Shown here: positions 51,117-61,400 of the stretch, piece after piece
How positions within the stretch are numbered: position 1 is the first letter of the stretch
Layout of the letters: every line of letters begins with the position of its first letter
NCBI GenBank assembly: GCA_963767925.1
Contig: CAVYGB010000001.1
Location: 32,001 to 96,000 of the forward strand
Source of the DNA: an uncultured delta proteobacterium
GTDB lineage: Bacteria > Myxococcota_A > Polyangia > Fen-1088
Length of the DNA stretch: 64,000 nt
Reading direction: 5' to 3'
Translations under genes and position numbers: made by a program
The notes under the pieces: model-generated
Told to the model about the DNA's origin: nothing
The model's input: only the letters and a program-made list of their open reading frames with translations
Databases searched by the model: none

Positions 51117-53050
51117 GGGCGGGGCGGGCCGGGGCGAGCAGTGGGCCCGGCGGGCCCAGACCCTGCTCGTGCTGGCCGCGCTGGTGGTGTTGCTGGGGAT
51201 CGCCTCCCCGCACTTCCTGCGCTCGGAGAACCTGCTCAACGTCGCCCAGCAGTCGGCCATCAACGCCATCCTCGGCATCGGGCTGACCTTCGTGATCATC
51301 TCGGCCGGGATCGACCTCTCGGTGGGGTCGGTGCTGGCGCTGGCCGGGCTGGTGCACCGCCGACCTGCTGGTGCGGGGGGTGCCCGCGCCGGTGGCGGCG
51401 GCGGCCGGGGTGGGGCTGGGCAGCGCCCTCGGCATGGTCAACGGCCTCGTCACCACTCTGGGGCGCATCCCGCCCTTCATCAGCACGCTCGGCATGATGC
51501 TGGTGGCCCGCAGCGCCGCCGCCGTGTACAGCGGATCGACCCCCATCAGCGGCCTGCCCGAGGGCTTCCGCCTGCTGTCGGGCAAGATCGCCGGCGTCCC
51601 GGTCTTCATCCTGGCGGTGGCGCTGCTGTACGGGCTGGCCCACTTCGTCCTCACCCGCACCAAGCTCGGCCGTTACGCCTACGCCATCGGCGGCAACGAG
51701 CAGGCCGCCTGGCTCAGCGGGGTGCGCACGGGGCACTACAAGGTCGCCCTCTACGCGCTGTCGGGGGGCTGCGCCGGCATCGCCGCCGTGTTGCTGACCG
51801 CCCGCCTCAACGCCGCTTCGCCCCTGGCCGGCGAGATGTACGAGCTGTACGCCATCGCCGCCGCCGTCATCGGCGGCACCAGCCTGATGGGCGGCGAGGG
51901 GCGGGTGCTGGGGACGCTGATCGGCGCCCTGGTCATGGCGGTGCTGCGCAACGGGCTCAACCTGCTCAACGTCCCCTCGTCGTGGGAGGGGGTGGTGGTG
52001 GGGGCGGTGCTGATCTCGGCGGTCATCGTCGACCGGGCCCGCCACCGGACGGGGCCGCCCGCCGGGGCCTCGCGCTGGCGGCGGCACCGGGCTCGCTTCG
52101 CGCTGGGGGCGCTGTTCGCGGGGTTGCTGGTGGTGGCCATCGCCCATCGGACCGGCCGCGGCGGCGACACGATCACGGTGGCCTTCGTGCCCAAGCAGAT
52201 CGGCAGCCCCTTCTGGGTCACCATGCGGGCGGGGGCGGAGGCGGAGGCCCGCCGCCTGGGGGTGCGCCTGCTGACCCTGGCCCCCGACCGCGAGACCGAC
52301 GTCGAGCGCCAGCACCAGATCATCGAGAACCTGATCGAGCAGGGGGTCGACGCGCTGGTGGTGGCGCCCGCGGGGGCCAAGGAGGTGGTGCCGGCGGTCA
52401 AGAAGGCCAACCGGGCCGGCATCCCGGTGCTCGTCGTCGACTCGGACATCCACCGGGCCACGGCCGCCGCGGCCGGCGCCGCCACGCTGACCTACATCGG
52501 CTCGGACAACGTCGCCGGCGGGCGGATGGCAGCCGAGGCGGTGGCGCGCTGGCTGGGCGAGCAGGGCGAGGTGGCGGTGCTGGAGGGGACGCCCGGGCAC
52601 GAGAGCACCGATCAGCGGCGCCAGGGCTTCACCGAGGCGCTGGCCCGGCACCCCGGGCTGCGGCTCGTGGCGGCCCAGACCGCCTCGGCCGAGCGGGCGC
52701 GCGGCTTCACGGTGGCCCAGAACATCCTGCAGGCCCACCCCGGGCTGGGCGCCATCTTCGGAGCCAACGACGAGATGGCCCTCGGCGCCCTCGAGGCGGT
52801 GGCCGCCGCCGGCCGGAGCGACCGGGTGAAGGTGGTCGGCTTCGACGCCTCCCCCGACGCCGTCAGCAACATCCGCGCCGGGCGCATGGCCGGGTCGGTG
52901 GCCCAGTTCCCGAGCGAGATGGGGCGCCTGGGCGTGCTGGCGGCCTACGACCTGGTGGTGGGCCGCAAGCAGCCCGCCCAGGTGCTGCACACGAAGGTCG
53001 AATTGATCGACGCCGCGAACGTGGAAAGCTTCGCCGCGAGCCTGAAGTGA
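51113..53050 (+). CDS. Ribose-type sugar ABC permease fused to a substrate-binding domain (frameshift near 51356; start uncertain)
   Basis: [35 protein letters not shown], then in frame [21 protein letters not shown]. Confidence 0.85.
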
Positions 53051-53057
53051 GCGCCAC

Positions 53058-54548
53058 ATGACGGGGGAGGGCAGGCGCGAGCCGCGGGTGGCGATGTGGG
53101 GCATCGAGAAGAGCTTCCCGGGCGTGCGCGCCTTGCGGGGGGTCAGCCTGTCGGTGCAGCCGGGGGAGGTGCACGTGCTGCTCGGGGAGAACGGGGCCGG
53201 CAAGTCGACGCTGATGAAGGTCCTCACCGGCCAGATCGCGCCCGACGCGGGCCACATGGAGCTGGACGGCGGCCCCTACCAGCCGGCCTCGCCGCTGGCC
53301 GCGCAGCGGGCGGGGATCGCCATGATCCACCAGGAGCTGAGCATCATCCCGGCCCTCACGGTGGGCGAGAACATCCTGCTGGGCGACGAGCCGGCGCGGG
53401 CCGGCGTGATCGATGGGCGGGCGCAGCAGCGGCGGGCCCGGGCCCTGCTGGCCGAGGTAACCTCCGACCTGCACCCTGACACCCCCGCCGCCGCGCTGTC
53501 GGTGGCGCAGCGCCAGGTGGTGGAGATCGCCAAGGCGCTCCGGCACGAGGCGCGGGTGCTGGTGATGGACGAGCCGACGGCGGCGCTGTCGGACGGGGAG
53601 ACCGCCCGGCTGTTCCAGGTCATCCGCGGGCTGACCGCCCGGGGAGTGTCCGTGTTGTACATCTCCCACCGCATGCCGGAGATCTTCAGCCTCGGCGATC
53701 GGGTCACCGTCCTGCGCGACGGCGCCACCATCGAGACGGTGGCGGTGGCGGGCACCTCGGTCGCCGCCCTCATCGCCGCCATGGTGGGCCGCCCGGTCGG
53801 CGAGCGGGTCCCCAAGCGCCGGGTCGAGCCGGGGCCGGTCGCCTTGCAGGTCGAGGACCTGACCCGCGGCCCCATCGGGCCGGTGCGCTTCGAGGTGCGG
53901 GCGGGCGAGATCTTCGGCCTGGCCGGGCTGATGGGCTCGGGCCGCACCGAGGTGGCGCGGGCCATCTTCGGGGCCGACCCGCCGAGCGGCGGCCTGGTGC
54001 GGGTGGCGGGCCGCCAGCTCGCCGGGACGGTGGGCGACGCCATCGACGCGGGGGTGGGCTTCGTGACCGAGGACCGCAAGGGTCAGGGGCTGTTGCTCGA
54101 GGGCTCGGCCGCCGCCAACCTCACCCTCGCCACCTTGCAGGGCCTGTGTCGGGCCGGGGTGATCGATCTGCCCCGCGAGGCGTCGGTGGCCGAGGACCTG
54201 CGCGCGCGCCTAACCATTCGCCTGGCCTCGGTGCACCAGCTCGCCCGCACCCTGTCGGGCGGCAATCAGCAGAAGGTGATCATCGGGCGCTGGCTGGCGG
54301 CCCGCTGCCGTGTCCTGATCCTCGACGAGCCGACCCGGGGGGTGGACGTGGGGGCCAAGGCGGAGATCTACGAGCTGATCGGGGACCTGGCGCAAAAGGG
54401 GGTGGCCCTGCTGCTGATCTCGAGCGACCTGCCGGAGGTGCTGGGGCTGGCCGATCGGATCGGCGTCATGCGGGCGGGGCGGCTGGCCGGCGTGCTCGCC
54501 GCGGGCGAGGCCTCGTCCGAGCGGGTCATGTCGCTGGCGGTGGGCTGA
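53058..54548 (+). CDS. Sugar ABC transporter ATP-binding protein (RbsA-like)
   Basis: [37 protein letters not shown]. Confidence 0.93.
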   Translation: MTGEGRREPRVAMWGIEKSFPGVRALRGVSLSVQPGEVHVLLGENGAGKSTLMKVLTGQIAPDAGHMELDGGPYQPASPLAAQRAGIAMIHQELSIIPALTVGENILLGDEPARAGVIDGRAQQRRARALLAEVTSDLHPDTPAAALSVAQRQVVEIAKALRHEARVLVMDEPTAALSDGETARLFQVIRGLTARGVSVLYISHRMPEIFSLGDRVTVLRDGATIETVAVAGTSVAALIAAMVGRPVGERVPKRRVEPGPVALQVEDLTRGPIGPVRFEVRAGEIFGLAGLMGSGRTEVARAIFGADPPSGGLVRVAGRQLAGTVGDAIDAGVGFVTEDRKGQGLLLEGSAAANLTLATLQGLCRAGVIDLPREASVAEDLRARLTIRLASVHQLARTLSGGNQQKVIIGRWLAARCRVLILDEPTRGVDVGAKAEIYELIGDLAQKGVALLLISSDLPEVLGLADRIGVMRAGRLAGVLAAGEASSERVMSLAVG

Positions 54549-54623
54549 GCGCCGGTCGAACCGGTCGCCACCGACGGGAGACGGGTTCAGCCGGGGCGCC
54601 CTCCTTCCGATGAGCGGGGGGAC

Positions 54624-55142
54624 ATGCCCGTACTTCCGGCCCTGCGCCTGCGACGTGACGAGGTCTGGTGCCTGAGCTGGCGCAACTGCACCCTCACCCT
54701 CTGGCAACGCGTGACGGTCGAGGGGCTGCAGGCGGTGCACGAGGTGACCCAGCAGCTCCGGGGATCGTTTCCGCAAGGTCTGGTGACGGTTTCTTGCATG
54801 TTGCCGGGAGCGCCGGTGTTGCCGTCGTCCGAGGCGCGGACCGAGTCGCTGCGGCTGATGAACGAGACCCGCGGGGTGGTGAAGGCCTCGGCGGCGGTGT
54901 TCGAGGGGACCGGGCTGGTGCTCGCCACGGCGCGCGTCTTCATCTCGGCGCTGATGGTCGCGGCCACGCGCTCGCACCACACCTTCAAGGTCTTCGCGAC
55001 GCTCGAGAAGGTTCCCTACTGGATCGCCCCCTACATGGAGAAAAATCCCAGTCCCCAGCTCATGAGCGAGCTCGGCGAGGCGCTCACGCGCGGGCGGGCC
55101 ATGCGCCGGGCGGTCGCGCAGGTCGGCCAGCCTGCGCGCTGA
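54624..55142 (+). CDS. Hypothetical protein (possibly STAS/SEC14-like)
   Basis: Good codon bias; PSSEAR...SAAVFEGTG...KVF pattern. Confidence 0.6.
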   Translation: MPVLPALRLRRDEVWCLSWRNCTLTLWQRVTVEGLQAVHEVTQQLRGSFPQGLVTVSCMLPGAPVLPSSEARTESLRLMNETRGVVKASAAVFEGTGLVLATARVFISALMVAATRSHHTFKVFATLEKVPYWIAPYMEKNPSPQLMSELGEALTRGRAMRRAVAQVGQPAR

Positions 55143-55174
55143 GCCAGCCCTTCTCTCTCGAAATCGTCAAATGA

Positions 55175-55882
55175 TTGGCGCAAACTAGGGAGACTGTGGC
55201 GGCCGGAGAGTCTTTCCTGGCGACGCAGGTCGCCTTCCTGGTCATCAGCGGTGTATCCGCGGCGGTCCTCGCCGGCGGCGCGGTCTGGACGGTGATTCGC
55301 TCTGCCCGTGCGGCGCTGGCCTACGGGCGGACCGTGCTGCGGCCGCGGCTGATCGGCCGCTGGGTGTCCCGCAAGTTCAGGGCCATCCCGCGGGTCTCGG
55401 GGCGGCCCGCCCTGCCGGTGGGGACGCTGGTGCGGCTACGCGGCCGCGTCGAGGCCGAGTCGATTCACCGGGCCGAGTTCAGCGGCCTGGCCAGCGTGGT
55501 CTGCCGTCACGAGTTCGGCGAGGTCGGCGGCGGCGGCGCGGGCGATGGCTTCTCGGTGCGCGACTTCCTGCTGCGGCTGGAAGACGGCCATGGGGTGCGG
55601 GTGCGCGCGCAGGACGCGGCGGCTCGGCGGGTGCTGGCGCTGGTCGACCAGCAGCCGCAGCGGTGGAACGGGTCGGGCAGCGGCGATGGGTGGTTCTGGG
55701 AGTCGCGGCTGGGGCCCGGGGATGAGCTGGAGGTGATCGGGCGGCTGCAGCAGGAGCTGGACGCGACGATCGCGCGCATCAGCGATCGGCAGCCGGCGCT
55801 GGGGTGGACGGTGGCGGCGGGGCAGGAGGGGTTGTTTCTGTGTTTTGCTACGCGGCCTGGGTTGGCGGCGGCGTCCTCGTAA
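55175..55882 (+). CDS. Hypothetical membrane-anchored protein (GIDE-like domain)
   Basis: N-terminal TM, LVRLRGRV, DFLLRLEDG, ESRLGPGDELEVIG. Start uncertain. Confidence 0.55.
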   Translation: MAQTRETVAAGESFLATQVAFLVISGVSAAVLAGGAVWTVIRSARAALAYGRTVLRPRLIGRWVSRKFRAIPRVSGRPALPVGTLVRLRGRVEAESIHRAEFSGLASVVCRHEFGEVGGGGAGDGFSVRDFLLRLEDGHGVRVRAQDAAARRVLALVDQQPQRWNGSGSGDGWFWESRLGPGDELEVIGRLQQELDATIARISDRQPALGWTVAAGQEGLFLCFATRPGLAAASS

Positions 55883-56034
55883 GGCACGCGTTCCCGGGAA
55901 CGGGGACGGATACGAGGACAGGACGGACGCCGGGGGCTTAGAGCGAGCCGCAGAAACCTGTGAATTACGCATGAGACGCAGCGTTGAAGGCAATCAGGGC
56001 GCAGGCGAGGTGAACGAAAATCACTGCCGCGGCT

Positions 56035-56211
56035 GTCGAGGTCGAGGTCGTGGTCGTGGTCGTGGTCGAGCGCGAGTTCGAGTTCGTGTGTGGTGCGCGT
56101 GTCTCGGCTCGCCGGCCTCGGCTCGCGTAATTCCGCGCACGAGAACCGCGAACCGCTAGCCGCTCGCCTCACACGAACTCGAACTCGAACACGCGCTCGC
56201 ACACGACCACG
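56035..56211. repeat. Inverted hexamer tracts (GTCGAG/GTCGTG/GAGTTC versus GAACTC)
   Basis: 18-bp perfect inverted repeat at 56073-56090 and 56170-56187, between convergent genes. Confidence 0.8.
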
Positions 56212-56277
56212 CGTACCGATCTCCGTATCTCACGTCCTAGGCTATGACAGATTTCCACAGGTTTCTGCGGCTCGCTC

Positions 56278-56718
56278 TTAGCCGCCGGGGCCGTCGGCCA
56301 TGATGTAGCCCTGCAGGTCATCGACCTTGACCTCCAGTGAGCCAAGCAGGGCGTACAGCAGGTAGCGGAGCGCCACGAGGCCCAGCAGGTCGCCGTCCTC
56401 GTCGACGACCGCGAGGTGGCGAATGTGCTCGGCCTGCATGATGCCGGCGGCGTCGGCCACGGTGGCGTGCATGGAGATGGTCTGGACGGGGAAGGTCATC
56501 ACCTCGCCCACCGAGACGCGATCCGGATCGCGGCCGGGCCAGACGACGCGGACCATGAGGTCGCGCTCGGTGAAGATCCCGACGATCTTGCGGCCCTCCG
56601 TGATGGCCACCGCGCCGACTTCGCCCTCGACCATCATGCGGACGACGGAGCGGACCGAGGCCGCGGGTGGCGCCTCCGGCCGGGCGTGAACGAGATGAAG
56701 CAATTCGCTTTCCAGCAT
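56278..56718 (-). CDS. CBS domain-containing protein
   Basis: VGAVAI, VGIFTERDL, VGEVMT, HIRHLAVVD. Confidence 0.9.
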   Translation of the reverse strand: MLESELLHLVHARPEAPPAASVRSVVRMMVEGEVGAVAITEGRKIVGIFTERDLMVRVVWPGRDPDRVSVGEVMTFPVQTISMHATVADAAGIMQAEHIRHLAVVDEDGDLLGLVALRYLLYALLGSLEVKVDDLQGYIMADGPGG

Positions 56719-56748
56719 TGGGTGCCCCTGGGCTGCATGCAGGGAGCT

Positions 56749-56763
56749 ACAACGACCGTGCCA
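56749..56763 (-). promoter_or_regulatory. Sigma54-like promoter
   Basis: Minus strand TGGCAC-GGTCG-TTGT about 30 nt upstream of the CBS gene ATG. Confidence 0.5.
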
Positions 56764-57022
56764 CTGCCTGGTCTCGGGCCTTTCCGCGACTTTCTTCCCG
56801 GCGCGCGGCGGGGTGGTCCGGAGCTCGGTAGCGTTTCTGGTGGCGACCGTCACGAACTCTGCACGCCCCGGTTTCGGCGGGCGGACGGTTCAATCGTCTC
56901 GCTCATCGTGTCGCCGTTTGTCGCGCTGTCCGGGGGGTGTGGTGGTCTTGTACAAGTCGGCGATGGGACATAACTTCTCAACGATCCGGACCGGATTCAC
57001 GAAGACGTAGCGAGGCTGTTTC

Positions 57023-57481
57023 ATGAAAGACCACACGCCGACCCCGTTGCCTCTCAAGCGAACCAGCGAATACGCCCCGGTGGCGTATCGGCCGGACCGA
57101 CCGATGGTGCTCGTCGTCGACGACGACTGGGCGATCTGTGACGCGGTCAAGGAGACGCTCGAGGACGCTGGCTTCGACGCGACCTGCGTCGAGAACGGGG
57201 AGGTCGCGCTCCAGCACCTGTCGCGCGAGCCGGCGCCCTCGGCGATCCTCCTCGATCTGTTCATGCCGGTCATGGACGGCTGGACCTTCGCCGACCGCCT
57301 GCGGGCCAACCCCGGGCTGAACCAGATCCCCGTCATCGTGATGACCGCCTCGGGACCCCACTGGGGGTACCCGGCGGCCCGGGTGTTGCACAAGCCGATC
57401 TACGGCAACGAGCTGGTGGCGGCCGTGCAGAAGGCGATCGAGGCGGGCCAGGCCGGCGGCGGGGCGAGCGCGAGCCTCTGA
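57023..57481 (+). CDS. Single-domain response regulator
   Basis: VLVVDDD, LLDLFMPVMDG, MTA, LHKP. Confidence 0.88.
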   Translation: MKDHTPTPLPLKRTSEYAPVAYRPDRPMVLVVDDDWAICDAVKETLEDAGFDATCVENGEVALQHLSREPAPSAILLDLFMPVMDGWTFADRLRANPGLNQIPVIVMTASGPHWGYPAARVLHKPIYGNELVAAVQKAIEAGQAGGGASASL

Positions 57482-57531
57482 GCGCGGGCCAGACCCATCT
57501 TCGAGACCGAGACAAACCAGGGAGGTGCACG

Positions 57532-58047
57532 ATGGCCGAGGGCACGGGACGACGGCGAGGCACGGACAGCGACCTGCAGGGCGACATCGAAGACGAGATG
57601 CTGGCCTCCGGTCGCACCCACTACCAGCCGCGAGAAGGGCTGTCGGGCGCGCACGCTCAGCGCCGCCAGGGCCTCGGCGCCGACCCCGAGCAGGGTGAGC
57701 GCGAGCCGGGCAGCGGCGGCACCCACGTGGCACCCACCCGCAAGGCAGAGATGCGCGAAGCCACGCGGCACCGCCTGGAGCACCAGGTGGGCCACCTGGC
57801 CGCCGGCGAGGCCGAGGGGGTCGTGCGCCAGTACCGCAGCCGCTTCGCCACCCGCGAGGCGCTCGACGGGATCGCGGCCGAGGCCGACGAACTGATGGCC
57901 AGGCTCCGCCTCACCGCCGAGGGCCGGGCTCTGCCCTGGAGCCGCCGCGCCGGCGACTGGCTCTGGCAACACCGCATCGCCGTGGCCGTCGGCCTGGGCG
58001 CTGCCCTCCTCACCACCGGCTGCGTGGCCCTCGCCCGCCGCCGCTGA
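57532..58047 (+). CDS. Hypothetical protein with C-terminal membrane anchor
   Basis: GGAGGT RBS; tail WQHRIAVAVGLGAALLTTGCVALARRR. Confidence 0.7.
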   Translation: MAEGTGRRRGTDSDLQGDIEDEMLASGRTHYQPREGLSGAHAQRRQGLGADPEQGEREPGSGGTHVAPTRKAEMREATRHRLEHQVGHLAAGEAEGVVRQYRSRFATREALDGIAAEADELMARLRLTAEGRALPWSRRAGDWLWQHRIAVAVGLGAALLTTGCVALARRR

Positions 58048-58055
58048 GACCCCGG

Positions 58056-58220
58056 CCCCCTCACCCCACCCTCTCCCCGCTGCGCGGGGCGAGGCGAACG
58101 GGCAGCGGGGAGCGAAGATTCTCGAGAAGACCCACGGAGCCGGCCTGCGAGGATGAAGGGGGACCTCGCTGATTGTTCGCCCTCGCCCCGCGGCAGCGGG
58201 GAGAGGGGGGCGTCAGGGGT
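58056..58220. repeat. Inverted pair of REP-like family A elements between convergent genes
   Basis: 58056-58110 reverse copy and about 58174-58220 forward copy. Confidence 0.8.
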
Positions 58221-58247
58221 CTGAGCGGGGTCGTGCAAAGCCGCCTT

Positions 58248-58970
58248 TCAGGCGGCGTCGTGGAAGATGAGGCCGAGGGTGAGGCGGTGGCCGCTGCGCA
58301 GGACGCTGACCCCGTGGCGCATGGGTGCGGTCGACCACCCGCGGGCGGAGCGCAGGGGGCGGTCCCGGGTGGTGAAGACGATGGCGTGGCCCTGGGGCAG
58401 GGGGGCGGTGGTGCCGCGGGACTGGGCGCGGGGGCGTTGCTCCACCACCAGGAACTCGCCGCCGGTGTAGTCCACCTCCGGGCGGTCGAGCCCGATCACC
58501 ACTTGTAGAGGGAAGACCAGGTCGCCGTAGAGGTCGCGGTGCAGGGCGTTCCAGTCGCCGGGGCCGTAGCGGAGCAGGAGCGGGGTGGGGCGGCTCTGAC
58601 CGGCCTGCGCGCATTGGCGCAGCCAGGCCTCCAGCTTGTCGGGCCAGGGCTGCGGCCGGCCCAGGCGCGCGGCCCAGTCCCGGGCGATCGGCAGCAGGTG
58701 CGGCCAGAAGGCCGCCCGGAGCTGCGTGACGAGCCGGGGCAACGGCCGATCGAAGTAGCGGTATTGCCCCTGGCCGAAGCGGTGGCGGGCCATGTCCACG
58801 GTGGCGCGGAAGCGGCGCTCGTCGTCGTACAGCTCGTGCAGCGCCCGGCAGTCGCCCGGCGTGAGCACCGGTCCGGCGGTGCTGGCGCAGCCCAGCTCGT
58901 CCAGGTCGGCCTGGATGCGGGCCCAGGGGAGCGCGTCGACCCTCCGGCGGGAGGACAGTTGTGTCGGCAC
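58248..58970 (-). CDS. 2OG-Fe(II) oxygenase (DUF2086-like)
   Basis: RPTPLLLRY, LHRDLYG, YTGGEF, EQRPRAQSR, MRHGVS, LGLIFHDA. Confidence 0.88.
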   Translation of the reverse strand: MPTQLSSRRRVDALPWARIQADLDELGCASTAGPVLTPGDCRALHELYDDERRFRATVDMARHRFGQGQYRYFDRPLPRLVTQLRAAFWPHLLPIARDWAARLGRPQPWPDKLEAWLRQCAQAGQSRPTPLLLRYGPGDWNALHRDLYGDLVFPLQVVIGLDRPEVDYTGGEFLVVEQRPRAQSRGTTAPLPQGHAIVFTTRDRPLRSARGWSTAPMRHGVSVLRSGHRLTLGLIFHDAA

Positions 58971-59122
58971 CGGCCCAGCATAGCGAACCGACGAAGCGCT
59001 ACCGCGATCTGTTCATCGGCAAGGGGGCCGATCCGGGCCCCGACCTGCCCTGGGTGGCGGGGCAGGTCGGCGGCACGTCGATCTACCCGAGCCTGTTGCG
59101 CCTCCCCGCTGGCCTTCCCCAT

Positions 59123-59228
59123 TCGCTTCCGCTTCCGCTTCCGCTTCCGCTTCCGCTTCCTCTTCCTCTTCCTCTTCCTCTTCCTGCTTCCGCTTCCGCT
59201 TCCGCTTCCTCTTCCGCTTCCTCTTTCC
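59123..59228. repeat. Pyrimidine-rich hexamer tract (TTCCGC/TTCCTC)n
   Basis: About 17 hexamer units directly visible. Confidence 0.95.
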
Positions 59229-59247
59229 TGAGGGGAGGGTGGGAGCG

Positions 59248-60045
59248 TCAGCCGGCGAGGCGGGTGAGGTCGAGCGTGGCCCAGGCGGGGGCGTGGTCGC
59301 TGGCGTCGGGCAGGTCCCGGACCCAGTCGTGCACGCCGGTGGTCAGCAGCGCGGGGGTGATCGACGGGCTGAGCAGCAGGTGGTCGAGGCGCAGGCCGGC
59401 GTTGCGGGCCCGGTGTTGCCGGAGATACGACCAGAAGGTGTAGACGCTCTCGTCGGGGTGCTGGGCGCGGAGGGCGTCGAGCCAGCCCTGCTCGAGCAGG
59501 CGCTGGTAGGCGGCGCGGCTCTCGGGCTGCAGCAGGGCGTTCTTGCGCCAGGACTTCGGGTTGTAGATGTCGAAGTCGGTGGGGACGACGTTGTAGTCGC
59601 CGGCGAGCACCACCGGGTGGCCGCTGCCGAGGAGGGCGGCGGCGTGGGCCAGCAGCCGCTCGAACCAGGCGAGCTTGTAGCTGAACTTGGGGCCGGGCCA
59701 GGGGTTGCCGTTGGGCAGGTACAGGCAGGCGACGAGGACCCCGTTGACGGCAGCCTCCAGGTAGCGGCACTGGCGATCGGCGGGGTCGCCGGGCAGCTCG
59801 CGCCGGGTCTCGACCGGGGTGCTGCCGCGGGCCAGGATGGCGACGCCGTTCCAGGAGCTCTCGCCGTGGAAGCGCGCCCCGTAGCCGGCGGCCCGGAGGG
59901 CGGCGACGGGGAAGCGGGTGTCGACGACCTTCGTCTCCTGCAGACAGACCACGTCGGGCGCCTCGTCGGCCAGCCAGCGCAGGAGCTGGGGCAGGCGGCG
60001 CTCGATGTTGTTGATGTTGAAGGTGGCCAGGGTGAGGGGAGGCAT
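59248..60045 (-). CDS. xth: Exodeoxyribonuclease III
   Basis: ATFNIN, VCLQETK, NGVAIL, YLPNG, GDYN, YTFW, RLDH, SDHAP. Confidence 0.93.
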   Translation of the reverse strand: MPPLTLATFNINNIERRLPQLLRWLADEAPDVVCLQETKVVDTRFPVAALRAAGYGARFHGESSWNGVAILARGSTPVETRRELPGDPADRQCRYLEAAVNGVLVACLYLPNGNPWPGPKFSYKLAWFERLLAHAAALLGSGHPVVLAGDYNVVPTDFDIYNPKSWRKNALLQPESRAAYQRLLEQGWLDALRAQHPDESVYTFWSYLRQHRARNAGLRLDHLLLSPSITPALLTTGVHDWVRDLPDASDHAPAWATLDLTRLAG

Positions 60046-60141
60046 CGCCGCGCGGGGCTTGTGACAGTTCTGTGCATGGCGGGAACCGGCTCGGGTTCGG
60101 GCCTGCGACCCGCGTATATATCAACCGAACGGGAGGGACGC

Positions 60142-60350
60142 CTGACCCAGGCCTCGACCGACGACGAGGGGCTCGTGTGCGCCTTCGGGCTCGCGCCGGC
60201 CGTGCGCCGCGCCGAGCAGGCGTTGCCGCGCGACCCGGAGGGGCCGCCGATGTGGTGCAAGAGGAGCTCGGCGCCGGCCTCACCGAGGTCACCAACCGCA
60301 ACCTGCTCGTCCTGTCGATCGTGACGACGATCCTGCTGGTGAAACAGGGC
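60142..60350 (+). pseudogene. Collapsed CorA/ZntB-family transporter remnant
   Basis: GGGAGG RBS and CTG, then DDEGLVCAF...PPMW joined out of frame to VQEELGAGLTEVTNRNLLVLSIVTTILL. Confidence 0.55.
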
Positions 60351-60395
60351 CGGGCCTCATGGCCGGGGGCAGGGCGAAGGCCCAGGGTGGGGGGC

Positions 60396-61400
60396 ATGAA
60401 CCGACGCGAATTCGTGGGGATCCTGGCGGCCGGGGCGGCGGGGGGGGCGGGCAGCGCCTGGCCGGAGTCGGCGGGGGCGGCGCCCGGGGCGATCGCGAAG
60501 CGGCGCCTGGGGCGCACCGGTGTCGAGGTCTCGATGCTGGGCCTGGGCGGCCACCACATCGGCCGGCCCAAGGAGGAGCAGGAGGGCATCCGCCTGGTGC
60601 AGATGGCGATCGACAACGGCATCACCTTCCTCGACAACTGCTGGGACTACAACGAGGGGCGCAGCGAGGCCTGGATGGGCAAGGCCCTGCGCGGGGCCTA
60701 CCGCAAGCAGGCCTTCCTCATGACCAAGCTCGACGGGCGGACGAAGAAGTCGGCGGCCGAGCAGCTCGACCAGAGCCTGCGCCGGCTGCAGACCGAGATG
60801 ATCGATCTGGTGCAGATCCACGAGGTCATCCGGGGTGAAGACGTCACCCGGTCGTTCGAGGCGGGCGGGGCGATGGAAGCCCTGTTCGAGGCGCGCAAGG
60901 CCGGCAAGCTGAAGTACATCGGGTTCACCGGGCACAAGGATCCGAAGTTCCACCTGGCGATGATCGAGGCCGGGCTGAAGGCCGGGTTCACCTTCGATGC
61001 CGTCCAGATGCCCCTCAACGTGATGGACGCCCACTACCGCAGCTTCGAGAAGGAGGTGCTGCCGGTGTGCCAGAAACACGACATCGGCGTGCTGGGCATG
61101 AAGCCGATGGGCGACGGGGTGGTCCTGGAGAGCAAGGTTGTCGACGCCCGGGAGTGCTTGCGCTACGCCCTCAGCCTGCCCATCGCGGTGGTCATCACCG
61201 GCTGCGAGAAGGTCCCCATCCTCCAGCAGGCCATCGACGTCGGCAAGACCTTCAAGCCGCTCGGCGAGGCGGAGCGGAAGGCGCTGCTGGCGCGCACGGC
61301 GCCCCTGGCGGTGGCGGGGAAGTTCGAGCCGTTCAAGAACACCAGCCGCTTCGACGGGACCGCCCAGAACCCGCACTGGCTGGAGACGGCCCGGCTCTAG
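60396..61400 (+). CDS. Aldo/keto reductase with Tat signal
   Basis: MNRREF, RRLGRTG, FLDNCWDY, FLMTK, DLVQIH, IGFTGH, LGMKP. Confidence 0.92.
   Translation: MNRREFVGILAAGAAGGAGSAWPESAGAAPGAIAKRRLGRTGVEVSMLGLGGHHIGRPKEEQEGIRLVQMAIDNGITFLDNCWDYNEGRSEAWMGKALRGAYRKQAFLMTKLDGRTKKSAAEQLDQSLRRLQTEMIDLVQIHEVIRGEDVTRSFEAGGAMEALFEARKAGKLKYIGFTGHKDPKFHLAMIEAGLKAGFTFDAVQMPLNVMDAHYRSFEKEVLPVCQKHDIGVLGMKPMGDGVVLESKVVDARECLRYALSLPIAVVITGCEKVPILQQAIDVGKTFKPLGEAERKALLARTAPLAVAGKFEPFKNTSRFDGTAQNPHWLETARL

Noticed and set aside
58961..59443. ORFs with LPLPLP, RFRFRF or RKRKRK runs
   Set aside because: Translations of the hexamer tract
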